Position numbers and translations under genes: made by a program
Notes under the pieces: model-generated
Told to the model about the DNA's origin: nothing
Databases searched by the model: none
What the model saw: the letters and a program-made list of their open reading frames with translations, nothing else
Source: Patescibacteria group bacterium
GTDB lineage: Bacteria; Patescibacteriota; Patescibacteriia; JACRDY01
Assembly: GCA_041650515.1 (NCBI GenBank)
Contig: JBAZLA010000002.1
Coordinates: forward strand, 103,659 to 167,658
Length of the DNA: 64,000 bases
Reading direction: 5' to 3'
In this document: one piece after another, positions 36,675 to 47,700 of the stretch
Numbering within the stretch: position 1 is the stretch's first letter
How the letters are laid out: each line of letters begins with the position of its first letter

Positions 36675-37727
36675 TTAGCTCTTACCACCCAGAGCACCCA
36701 ACAGCATATCCTTTAGAGTGGCTTCATTATATTTATCCAAAATACCTTGGCTAAAACCAGCATTTTTGAGCAGGGTTTTAACTTCTTCGGGCGACATTTT
36801 CTGAATCTCTTCATAAAGCTGCGGATTAGTCACTGTACCACTCGTTGTCTGACTTTTAGTCCCATTCTGACTAATGGACTGCTTATACATTGCTAATAGC
36901 TCGGCATCAGTAAACTGACTTAATACTTCAGCGGAGACACCAGCCGCTTTGAGCGCGTCTTTAAGCTGGGCCGAGGTAATACTATTAGGATCAACATTAG
37001 TCAGATCCGCTGTTGTGCCAGACGCACTAGCGCCGGTAGTAGTGGTGCCGCTAGCGTCGGTGGTCGTCCCCTCGGTCTGAGCTAAAGCGGTTTGATAGAG
37101 CTGCAATAACTCGGCATCACTAACCTGGCTAAGAGCCGACTCGGAAATACCAGAATCAATTAGAATTTTTCTAATATCCTCAATAGTCTGCGGTGTTTCG
37201 ACATCTTCGTAATCAGTAATAACGTCGCTGCTCAAACCCACTCCAGTCGATTGCAACGTGGCGGCCGCGGCCGTACCATAACAATCCCGGCCTTCATAGC
37301 ACACTGGATCAGTACCCTGAGCCAATTCTTGACTATCGTTAAGACCGTCGGAATCGCTATCTTCTAAATAGGGACTGGTTTGATAAACATACAGCTCATC
37401 AAAATCAGACACCCCGTCACCATCGGTATCTTTATTCTGCAGCGCCAGTAGGTCGTCTGCTTCATTTAAATTAATATTCAATGTTTCTCCACTGCTAGCC
37501 AGCTCAAAAGGTAAATTGATATGACGCGAAAACTGCCAGCTACCTAGGCCGACAGCAATAAAAGTAATAGAAAGCATCAAAATAAATAGACTCTTTTCAC
37601 TTCGAGTCAACTTTTTATTTTTGTTTTCCAAAACCGGGATTTGATCCTCAAAATCATTGGGCCAATTTTCCTGGTTTTTAGGCATAAGCCAATATTTAAA
37701 ATTTTTGAAATCGATTACTAATTTCAA
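36675..37727 (-). CDS. Membrane-anchored protein with thrombospondin-type-3-like Ca-binding motifs and repeated helical SxxxLSQxxDAELLxxY units
   Basis: TM FILMLSITFIAVGLGSW; DTDGDGVSDFDE and DSDSDGLNDSQE motifs; three helical repeats; Thr/Ser/Gly-rich linker. Confidence 0.55.
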   Translation of the reverse strand: MKLVIDFKNFKYWLMPKNQENWPNDFEDQIPVLENKNKKLTRSEKSLFILMLSITFIAVGLGSWQFSRHINLPFELASSGETLNINLNEADDLLALQNKDTDGDGVSDFDELYVYQTSPYLEDSDSDGLNDSQELAQGTDPVCYEGRDCYGTAAAATLQSTGVGLSSDVITDYEDVETPQTIEDIRKILIDSGISESALSQVSDAELLQLYQTALAQTEGTTTDASGTTTTGASASGTTADLTNVDPNSITSAQLKDALKAAGVSAEVLSQFTDAELLAMYKQSISQNGTKSQTTSGTVTNPQLYEEIQKMSPEEVKTLLKNAGFSQGILDKYNEATLKDMLLGALGGKS

Positions 37728-37782
37728 GCTCCAAAACTCACTGATTACTTTAACACTATTATATAAAGAATAAACTATCTTG

Positions 37783-38619
37783 TCAAAAAATAGTGCTTAA
37801 TTTTAGCCAATCACCTACCCCCAGATCCTGCGCTCGAATCAGTGGGTCTAATTTTGCCTTAACTAAGCCATTTTTTACCTCAGCGGAGCTTAATTTGAGA
37901 CCGGCCACCAGGTTATTCTGGAGCTGTTTTCGACGGCTGGCAAAACCAATTTTAGCTAATTGCCAGAATCGCTTTTCTATTTGCGGAGTAAACTGCCAAA
38001 TCTGGTCGATCTGACTAATTTTTAAAATCGCCGAATCCACTGCCGGTTCTGGATAAAAACTCTGACGGCTGACCACTGACACAATCTCCGGCTGGCCATA
38101 TAATTGCACGGCCAAAGCCACTAAACTCAGCTGCCCCGGCAAAGCCGTCACCCGCTCGGCCACTTCTTTTTGCACCATCAAAACCATCTGCTGCGGCTTG
38201 GGCGTATAACTGAGAAATTTTCGCAAAATCTGAGCGGTAATATTGTATGGTAGATTGGCTACTACCTTATAAGGCTGACCTAAGTCCTGGGCTAAATCCG
38301 AATTTTTGATTTTTAAAATATCACCAGCTAGAATTTGCAAATTCTGGCAATCTTTTAAATTATTTTCTAAAACTTTGACCAGTTGCCGATCTAACTCGAC
38401 CGCCAAAACATTTTTAGCCCTTTTAACTAATTCTTGAGTTAGAACACCCAGCCCCGGTCCGATTTCTAAAACTAAATCCTCACTATCCAGATCCGCGGCC
38501 GCTATTATTTTGTCTAAAACTTCCTGGTCAATTAAAAAATTCTGACCCTTCTCTTTGGTGGGCCAAATCCGGTAACGGGTTAATAATTGATTAATTGTTG
38601 CCAAATCAGTTAAATCCAT
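37783..38619 (-). CDS. rsmA: 16S rRNA (adenine1518/1519-N6)-dimethyltransferase
   Basis: GQNFLID, LEIGPGLGVLTQEL SAM-binding motif, NLPYNI motif. Confidence 0.9.
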   Translation of the reverse strand: MDLTDLATINQLLTRYRIWPTKEKGQNFLIDQEVLDKIIAAADLDSEDLVLEIGPGLGVLTQELVKRAKNVLAVELDRQLVKVLENNLKDCQNLQILAGDILKIKNSDLAQDLGQPYKVVANLPYNITAQILRKFLSYTPKPQQMVLMVQKEVAERVTALPGQLSLVALAVQLYGQPEIVSVVSRQSFYPEPAVDSAILKISQIDQIWQFTPQIEKRFWQLAKIGFASRRKQLQNNLVAGLKLSSAEVKNGLVKAKLDPLIRAQDLGVGDWLKLSTIF

Positions 38620-38666
38620 AAATAAATCAAAAGTTAAAAATCAAAAGGCAAAAGTTAAATTCAAAA

Positions 38667-39278
38667 TTAAAAATTAATAACTTTTGACTTATGATTCACA
38701 ATTTTGACTTTTGAATTTTGACTTTTGAATTTAATCGGGCCAACTCGCAGCACTTCGACTCGACCACGGACAACTTTAACCAAAGTTGAAGGTTTAACTC
38801 GTTTCAGCGTGCCGCTAGCCAAAATTAAATCTGGCTGTTGTTTTTGGTGACTAAATTCTTTAATTATTTTTTTTACTTGATAAATATTATTGCGGCCGGT
38901 GATGTTAGCTGAAGTGGCAATCAACGGCCGACCAACCCGACGAGCTAACAACTGCGCCACCCCATTTTGGGGCACCCGAATAGCAAACCGACTGCTGACT
39001 ACCACCGACAACGGTCCGGGCCAATGTTTCTCAGCTAAACTCTCGGCGGTTGGATCTAATTTAAAAAACTTTTTTACTTGGGCCAAATTAGCGGCCACTA
39101 GGGTAAATTTTTTATCTTGGCGTTTTTTAATTTTTAAAATTCGTTTAGTTACTGCCGGGGAATCAAAAATACCGCCCAAACCATAAGCCGTGTCGGTAGG
39201 ATAAAAAATCACCCCACCGGATTTCAAAATTTTCACCGCTTGCTCAATCCCCTTTTTATTGGCTTTAACCACTAACAT
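38667..39278 (-). CDS. tsaC: L-threonylcarbamoyladenylate synthase (YrdC/TsaC)
   Basis: GGVIFYPTDTAYGLG, SANITG motifs of YrdC/Sua5 fold; C-terminal KSQNSKVK repeats encoded by ttttgac tandem repeats. Confidence 0.85.
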   Translation of the reverse strand: MLVVKANKKGIEQAVKILKSGGVIFYPTDTAYGLGGIFDSPAVTKRILKIKKRQDKKFTLVAANLAQVKKFFKLDPTAESLAEKHWPGPLSVVVSSRFAIRVPQNGVAQLLARRVGRPLIATSANITGRNNIYQVKKIIKEFSHQKQQPDLILASGTLKRVKPSTLVKVVRGRVEVLRVGPIKFKSQNSKVKIVNHKSKVINF

Positions 39279-39280
39279 AA

Positions 39281-39345
39281 TTACAAATTAATAATTACGA
39301 ATTACAAATTAAAATTTAATATTTACCAATTCGTAATTCGTAATT
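39281..39345. repeat. AT-rich inverted repeat built from tandem heptamers between epimerase and tsaC
   Basis: taattacgaattacaaatt ... 17-nt loop ... aattcgtaattcgtaattt (18/19 complementary); similar looser symmetry at 38626-38728 spanning tsaC stop. Confidence 0.6.
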
Positions 39346-39346
39346 T

Positions 39347-40270
39347 TTAATTATTTTTAAACCAATCAACCGTCAACTTAATTCCCTGATCTAAATTAAC
39401 TCTTGGCTGCCAGCCTAGCTCTCGGCTAATTTTGGCAAAACTTAAACAACTCCGTCGCTGTTCCCCCACTTTAGCTGGACCATGAACCTCTTTGATTTTA
39501 ACATTTAAAGCCTGACTAACTTTAGCAAAAATCTGGTTAACACTAGTTTGCTTAGCCGCCCCCACATTATAAATACCAATTTTTTTACTCTTCAAAGCCA
39601 AAAGATTGGCCCTAACGACGTCACCAACATAGACATAATCGCGAGTCTGTAAACCATTGCCATTAATAATCGGCTGCTGACGCTGTAAAATTTTATTAAT
39701 AAAAATTGCCACCACCCCGGCTTCACCCAGGGCATTTTGGCGCGGGCCATAAACATTGCCATAACGCAAGACGGTATAGGCTAAACCAAAAATCTGCTGA
39801 TAATAATTAAGATAATGCTCTACCGTTAACTTATTCAGGCCATACGGCGCTAGCGGCCAGGTGGGCTGGTTTTCTTTGGTTGGCAATTTATTTAACGGTA
39901 AATCGCCATAGATCGCGCCACCCGTAGAAGCAAAAATTATCTTTTTAACTCTGAACTGACGACAGTTTTCTAATACATTTAGCGAACCCAAAATATTAGT
40001 CTTGGCATCCCAAACCGGATCATCAACTGACTTACGCAAGTCAATCTGCGCCGCGAGGTGAAAAACAATGGCTGGTTTTTCTTTTTTAAAAATCTGACCC
40101 AGCTTTTTGTCCTGAATATCTAGCCTATAAAATTTAGCTTTAGAATTTATAAACTCCCTCCGACCGGTCGACAAATTATCCACCACGACAACTCGGTGCT
40201 GCTGTTTAATTAAGGCATCAACAATATGAGAGCCAATAAATCCCGCACCGCCAGTAACTAAAATTTTCAT
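39347..40270 (-). CDS. NAD-dependent sugar epimerase (UDP-glucose 4-epimerase-like SDR)
   Basis: MKILVTGGAGFIGSH Rossmann motif, YxxxK catalytic region (YGLNKLTVEHY). Confidence 0.8.
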   Translation of the reverse strand: MKILVTGGAGFIGSHIVDALIKQQHRVVVVDNLSTGRREFINSKAKFYRLDIQDKKLGQIFKKEKPAIVFHLAAQIDLRKSVDDPVWDAKTNILGSLNVLENCRQFRVKKIIFASTGGAIYGDLPLNKLPTKENQPTWPLAPYGLNKLTVEHYLNYYQQIFGLAYTVLRYGNVYGPRQNALGEAGVVAIFINKILQRQQPIINGNGLQTRDYVYVGDVVRANLLALKSKKIGIYNVGAAKQTSVNQIFAKVSQALNVKIKEVHGPAKVGEQRRSCLSFAKISRELGWQPRVNLDQGIKLTVDWFKNN

Positions 40271-40286
40271 ATTATTATAGTTAATT

Positions 40287-41391
40287 CTAACTTTTCTTTA
40301 GCCACTTCAAATATGCCTCAATTAAAGGTTGCAGCTCACCGTCCAAAACTTGATCAACATCAGTAGTTTCATATTCACTCCGGTGATCTTTAACCAGTTG
40401 ATAAGGATGAATAACGTACGACCGAGTCTGATTACCCCAGGCCGCTTCAGTGAATTCGCCGCGGAGACGCTGTTTTTCTTCTTCCTTTTCCGCTTGATAA
40501 TATTGATACAACTTGGATTTTAAAATTTTTAGAGCCGTTTCTTTATTCTGATGCTGGCTACGCTCGTTCTGGCAAGCGACAGTAATGCGCGTGGGTAAAT
40601 GAACAATCCGCACCGCCGAGTCAGTGGTGTTGACCGATTGACCGCCGTGACCCGAGGCGCGAAAAACATCAATTCGCAAATCTTCGTCTCTAATTTGAAC
40701 TTCTTTGGCTTCTTCCAACTCAGGAATAACTTCAATCAGAGCAAAAGAAGTATGCCGCATTTTTTCAGCGTCAAACGGCGAAATCCGCACCAAACGATGA
40801 ACACCGTTCTCCGATTTTAAATAGCCATAAGCATAGCGACCGACTACTTCCAAAAAAACGCTTTTGATCCCCGCCTCACCGCCACGCGATTCATCTAAAA
40901 TATTGACTCTAAATTTTTTACTTTCGCAAAAACGTAAAATCATCCGCAATAGCATCTCGGCCCAATCTTGAGCATCAACCCCACCGGCGCCGGCGTGGAT
41001 AGCCACCACAGCGTTATTCTGATCGTATGGCTGATTGAATAAAACAAAAAATTCTAATTCCGCAAACTGCCCAGCCAGATCAGCTAATTTTTGCTCTGCT
41101 TCCGGCCGCAAGCTGACACTTTGATCGGCGCTATCCAAACTAGCGATAGACAATAGATCATCAGTTTCTTGCTTTATTTTTTCCCATTGGCTAACTTGCT
41201 CCTGGAGTTGCGCTAAATTCTGGGTGACTGCCCTCGCCTGATCTTGGTCAACCCAAAAATCAGGCTGACTAGCTTTTGTCTCTAGATCAACAATCTGTTT
41301 TTTTACTTGGTCAAGGTCAAAGTAACCTCCAAGTGTTGAGGATTTTACTTTGCAAATCCTCAATCTGATCAATTAGTTCTTTCTCCTTCAT
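40287..41391 (-). CDS. prfB: Peptide chain release factor 2 with programmed +1 ribosomal frameshift
   Basis: True start ATG 41391: MKEKELIDQIEDLQSKILNTWRLL then CTT TGA C (41322..41316) preceded by internal SD GGAGG; +1 shift continues DLDQVKKQIV... (the frame the ORF track reports from TTG 41372); SPF and GGQ motifs present. Confidence 0.85.
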
Positions 41392-41437
41392 AAAAATTAT
41401 TCTTTAAGACTGATTAAACCGCCGACCGACTAAAAAA

Positions 41438-41689
41438 TCATAATCCCGGTATTATTTTTCTTAATTCATTTGGCGCCTCTAACATACTATTATATTGCGC
41501 CCAAAAATCTTTAAAATAAGGCGGCAGATAAATTATTGCCAAAATAATCGGCGCCACAATCAACAAAATCTTAACCACCCCGATAATCTGGAAATACAGA
41601 ATATAATTATTAACCTTACGAACTTGTTTTTCCAAGGCCGTAATCCTAATGGAAATATCGGCTAATTGTTTTGTGGTTTCTTCTTCCAT
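41438..41689 (-). CDS. Small membrane protein, unknown function
   Basis: 83 aa, N-terminal coiled region, one TM helix (VVKILLIVAPIILAIIYL). Confidence 0.45.
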   Translation of the reverse strand: MEEETTKQLADISIRITALEKQVRKVNNYILYFQIIGVVKILLIVAPIILAIIYLPPYFKDFWAQYNSMLEAPNELRKIIPGL

Positions 41690-41705
41690 AAAGTTATCTT
41701 TATTT

Positions 41706-44700
41706 TTAACTTAAATTTGCGCTCTCCCCTTCTAGCTCAATCTTCTCTCGGATCACGGGCTCAGCTTGGCTAGCTAGATTAAGGTGGGCTGATTGGTATT
41801 TTTGATAACCAGGCTTAGAAGCGGTTAAATAGTATTCACCCTTAGAAACCAGGAAACAATATTGGCCCAAAGAGTTGGTAATCTCCGTACCCAGGAGTTT
41901 GTTGTACTGGGTGTCAAAAACGCGGATGATCGTATTCTTAATTGGTTTCTGACTCGCCCGATCACGAGTTTGACCAGGGTTAGAAAACATTATTGGCTTA
42001 ATCATTAAACGGTGAAATAGGACAAACAGGATAAGATGGACTACCAATAGACTAATCATTAGTCTAGTTGGGTAAATAATCACCGAGAGTAAAGAAAGAA
42101 CTGGACCTAAATAAGCAACGGCGTGTTGAAATTTTTTAAACCGGTGCTGGTGTAAAATAGCCAAATCGGACTGCTCCGGCAGATTGGGATCCAGAGGGAT
42201 ATTAAAATTAATAATATTACTCTCAGGCGTGGTCGTAATTGATTCGGCGTGATAAAGATTGACATAGACTTCATCTTCTTCTTTACCTTGAGTAAATTTA
42301 GAAGGATAGATAAAATTTGGCTTGGTCACAGTTAAATAATAATTGGTACCCGGTTCGGTAACAAAATAATAACGACCCAAACGATCAGTCACCTTGGTAC
42401 CCATTAGTTGGCCCATAAATTCGGGGTGAGCCAAATCTTTTTTGTATAACCGGACGATCGCTAGATCAACTGGTTGTTTGGAAAGCGAATTATAAACTAC
42501 GCCCCAGGTTTTTCGACGTTTACGGAATAAGAAAAATAGCGGCTCAGTAAAAAGATAAGGCAAATAAGGCAAAAAGCCGATAACCGAGGCAGCAGCCAGA
42601 ACATTGACGACCGACAAAGTGATAATAACCGGAGCGGCAATTCTTCGGGTGTCTCTTTCGACAACGGGGTTATTCAAGACTTTAGTCTGTAACACTCTAA
42701 TCGGCATTGAATTGATGATCTGTTTAATACCTGGGGCTTCCTTAATCTGCTGAGCGAAAGTAGCCAAAAATGATTCACCGGTTTGCCCAGCTATATTGAT
42801 ATTTAATAAACCATCAAATCGACAAAGATTCGAACAGCCATCGTCGTCGATTAAATTGCCATCATCGCATTGTTCACCCGATTCTAGAATATGATTGCCA
42901 CAAATCGGATTAGAAGTAATTAATTGTAGCTGACAGCTAACCGTGCAAGTATAGCCACTAGCTACACCATCAGTACCATCGCACTCCTCACTGCCTTCTC
43001 GGCGATTATCACCACAAACGGCTTGACCAGGTGGTATGATGCCCTCCAACTGACAAGCAGCCGAACAACCATCGCCGTTGTTCAGATTACCATCGTCGCA
43101 CTCTTCGCCTGATTCTAGATTACTATTACCACAAAATGGAGTAGAGGTGATCGGTTGTAGCTGACAAGCAACAGTACAGGTGTAGCCACTGATCACGCCA
43201 TCAGTGCCGTCGCACTCTTCGCCTGATTCCAGGATATTATTACCGCAGAATGGCGTCGAAGTGATCTTTTGAAGCTGACAACTGGCCGTGCAAGTATAAT
43301 CACTAACTAGACCATCAGCACCATCGCACTCCTCACTGCCTTCTTTAATATTATTGCCACAGACTGGAATATCGGTTTCATCATTATCACCAGCGGATGA
43401 GCAACCAGGGTCAGCCGGATAATCAATCTTGGTATCGCCATCATTATCAAGACCATCGGCACACTGGGCTGTGGGTGGTGGAGTAACAGTATCGGTTTCG
43501 TCGTTATCACCAGCGGATGAGCAACCTGGATCAGCCGGATAATCAATCTTGGTATCGCCATCATTATCAAGACCATCAGCGCATTCCGCGGGAGCCGTAC
43601 CAGACTCGGAATCATCATCCCAACTATTACAATCTGGATCAGCTAAGTCGCCAATACCGTAATCACGGTAGCCATCGCCATCATTATCCACCCCATCATT
43701 ACATTGATAACTGCCAATGATGGTAAAACTAAGCGGGGCCGAAGCGCTAGAGATCAGGCTGGTGATGGGATTCTGAACTTGAGCGATAATAGTATGAATA
43801 CCAGTTGGTAAAATAAGTGAACCAGAAAAGCTCCAGCTAGGACCAACAATTGGACCAAAACCAAAAACAAAAGGGTCGGAATAAATCGTCAAAAGAATAT
43901 TATGGCTACCATCGTCTTTAAGGCCATTAGCGCTAAAATCAACTCGCCGATAGTCTAAAGAATTATCATCATTACCAATACTGGCAACTTGATCTAAGTA
44001 GTGGCCATAACCAGTGTCGTAATAGCCAGGGGCTAAAGCAAGAATATTAATTATGGAAAAACCTGAAACCACGGGTGGGTTTAAGATTGAATCAGTCTCA
44101 ATATCATCCCAGCTCCCTTCACAACCCGGGTCAGCTAGGTCGATTTTACCATCTAAATCATTATCCAGACCATCGGCGCACTGGGATAATTCAGTACTAT
44201 CACTAGCCATCGAACAGCCGGGGTCAGCCGGATAATCAATCCGACCATCGCCATCATTATCCACCCCGTCTGAACATTGAGGTAAAGTGACCGGGTTAGT
44301 TTCATCATCATCAATGACACTACTGCAACCCGGGTCAGCCAAATCAATCTGACCATCTAAATCATTATCTAGACCGTCGGAACACTGATAAACTGGCGGC
44401 GGGGTAGAATCGTTCTCGTCATTATCCGTGGGGCTGCTACAACCAGGATCAGTGAGGTCAATCTTGCCATCACTATCATTGTCTATTTCATCGGAACATT
44501 GATAAATCGGGGGTACAATGATCGGGGCATTATATTCGTCCCCATCATTACCATCAACACAGCCTGGATCAGCTGGGTAGTCAACTAAGCCATCGCCATC
44601 ATTATCCACGCCGTCAGCACAAACGGGATGATGCCCACCACCTGAAGTAATTGCAAAAGATCCATCACTAAAATCAACCACGTTAGCATCAGGATAATCA

Positions 44701-47700
44701 GCCACCGCCCACCAGACAGTATCACTTTCTGCTTCAGCTGGGATGGTCCAGGTGTAGCTGCCGGTGTTGGGCGCACCAGTACCAGGGTCAGCGATAAAAT
44801 ATGGTTCATCATCACCAGAGCAATCAGCCGTAAAACAATAGACCAAATAAACACTGTCTGGTGAATCATCTCCTTCGGTAGTCCATTGAAAATCAACTTC
44901 ATCGCCAACAGTTAATGTTTCTTCACCGTTGGGGGAGGTGATGGTAAAGCTATAATCATAATCAACAACGTTGATACTAAACGCCGATGACTCAGCATAA
45001 TAGGTGCAGGTAGCTGCTCCATCAACACAAAGACGAATTTTATAATTATCGCTCGGCCCTATCCCCCCGGGTAAGACAGCTGACCACTCGCCGTCATTAT
45101 CCTGCTCCTGAGCTAGGGTGGTAGAATCAACAAAATCATTATTACTAATAATAATTGACAAACCGTCCGGACCAGCGCCAACCCAAGTAACATCAAAAGC
45201 ATCACCTGATTGGTATTCTTGTCCCTCGGTCGGCGAAGTAATAGCCAAAGAGTGGCTAATCACCGTGATACTGCTATCCGACATGTCATAATCGGAAATA
45301 GGAGCTGGATAATTAGCTACGGCCCATTGGAAGTCATCACTAATGGCCTCAACCGGCACCTGCCAAGTATAACTGCCGTCATCGGGTGTACCTTCGGTGA
45401 GAGTATCGTCCATCCAGTTGGGGTCGTCGCCCCAGTCAGCGCCACTAGTTACCCAAGCTAGGGAGACATCTCCAAAACTACCGTCACTGTTCCATTGAAA
45501 AATAACACTTTGTCCGACATAAAGAGTTTCCCCACCATTAGGCGAAGTAATGGTGAACTCATCATCTCCACCGTCGCTATTAAAAGAAAAAGTGCCTGAC
45601 TCGGCGTAATAGACGCAAGTGGCGGCATTATCAATACAGAGTCTAATCTGGACGTTGTCACTAGTGGGGCTACCTGGACCTAGTGGAACATCATAGGAAC
45701 CATCGTTGGGTGTGCTCGCAGTTATTACATAATTTTCATCATCTATTACCGCGACTACTCCAATATTATCTGGCCCGTTACCAGTCCAGGTGATAGGCAG
45801 AGTATCCCCAGTATTGAAATTTTGTCCCTCGGTGGGCGAAGTGATAACTAAAGAATGATTAGCCACGATTATATCAGTATCCGACATATCAAAATCAACA
45901 AATGGCGCTGGCCACTGCAGGACTCCCCATTGGAAGTCATTACTCACGGCTCCAGCTGGCACCTGCCAAGTGTAATGGCCGTCATTGGGTGTCCCCTCGG
46001 CTATATAATCCGGGGCACCCCAACCAGCACCAAAATGGGCTACCCAGCCTAGAGCAACATTTTCATAATCAGTACCACCACTCCATTGCAAATCTATACT
46101 CTCTCCAACATAAAGAGTCTCGCCACCGTTAGGATCAGTCACAGTAAAGTCCACGTCGCCGGGGGTAATAGTAAAAGTATGTTCGGGATAAGCACAAACT
46201 GTTCGAGGGGTATTACAAACACGGACCAGATGATTACCGCCAGGGTCATTAGGTATAGTCCAAGAATAACTGTTGGGGCTGATGGCATTAGCCCAAACGT
46301 CAATAATAATTGTGTAAGTGGCAAACCAATCGTCCGAGTAATCTAGGGCCACCTGATCTGGATAGCCCACCCCTAAATTAGTCCAGGTAATATCTTGGCT
46401 ACTACCAACTTGATACTCTTCGTCGCTTTCACCGCCTGGCTCAGCTATTTCAAATCCCCAGGTTTCATAAGTTAATAAAGCGCCTTTAAACGCTGGCGTA
46501 ATAGTGCTATCCGTTGTCAGCAGATAGGTAGCCAAATGTAACTCTGGTCCAGCGTCAGTGGCATTAATACAAAGACCGTTGTCAATGGTCACTGGGCTAT
46601 AAGGCAGGCCATCGGCTTCACCAGTACCTATAGAATAACCAATAGTGGTGTCAACTGGTTCAAAAATATTCTCTTCGGTTAATTGAGCACAATAAATTGT
46701 ATCATCCGTGCCATCCACTTCTCGGGAGATAGCTGCATAAGTGGTACCACTATCAGTCGGGAAATTGCCCCGCCGCCAGGAGATATAATTCGTTCCGCCG
46801 TGATTACCCTCAATTAAATCCATCAAGCCGTCGTTGTTAAAGTCAGCACTAGCTGTGTTGGTAGTGTTGCCGTTACTACCGGCAATCATTGAGGTAAAAT
46901 GACCAGTACCGTTGTTAATATAAAGATGATTTTGTAACTCCGTTGCACCAACGTAGACATCAACATCGCCATCACCATCAATATCACTCACGCTGGTGCA
47001 GCCGGCCCATTCAGCCGCCCCACCTAAGGCATCTTCTTGAGTAAAATTGCCCGTACCATCGTTACGAAAAATATATCGACCATAATGAATTAAATCTAGG
47101 TCGCCATCACCATCAATGTCAGCGGAAATAATATCGGTATGCAAAGTGTCAGCCAGCGTCTCTTGGGTAAAAGTTGGTTCTGATCCGTCGCCATTATTCC
47201 ACCAGAGATAAAGGTGCCAACCGCCCAGATTATATGAGTAAGTGATAACATCAACGTCGCCGTCCTGATCATAGTCACCGCTAGTCATATCATGACTAAT
47301 ATTATCATGAAACCGGTCATATTCCGTAAAGTTGCCCGTGCCGTCATTAAGCCACATTTTATCTTGATAGTCGCCATCATCACGGTCGCCCCGGCAAGGC
47401 ATCAAGACATCAATAGTGCCGTCATCGTTAATATCAGTAGTAATGATTCGATAAGCATTACAAGTGCTAAACTCTAGTGTTTCGGTAAAATTACCCGCGC
47501 CATCATTCAGATAAAGAATGTTTTCATTGGGGTCACCAGGCGGTGCGCCGCCTTCATCAGTATGGCTGACGATTAAATCTTGGTCACCATCCCCATCAAC
47601 ATCAGCCGCGGCTGAGGCGATACAAAAAGGATAGCCCAAACTAAAATCAACGCTACTGGTAGTAAATGTTTCATCCTGATTATTAAGATAGAGATTTTGG

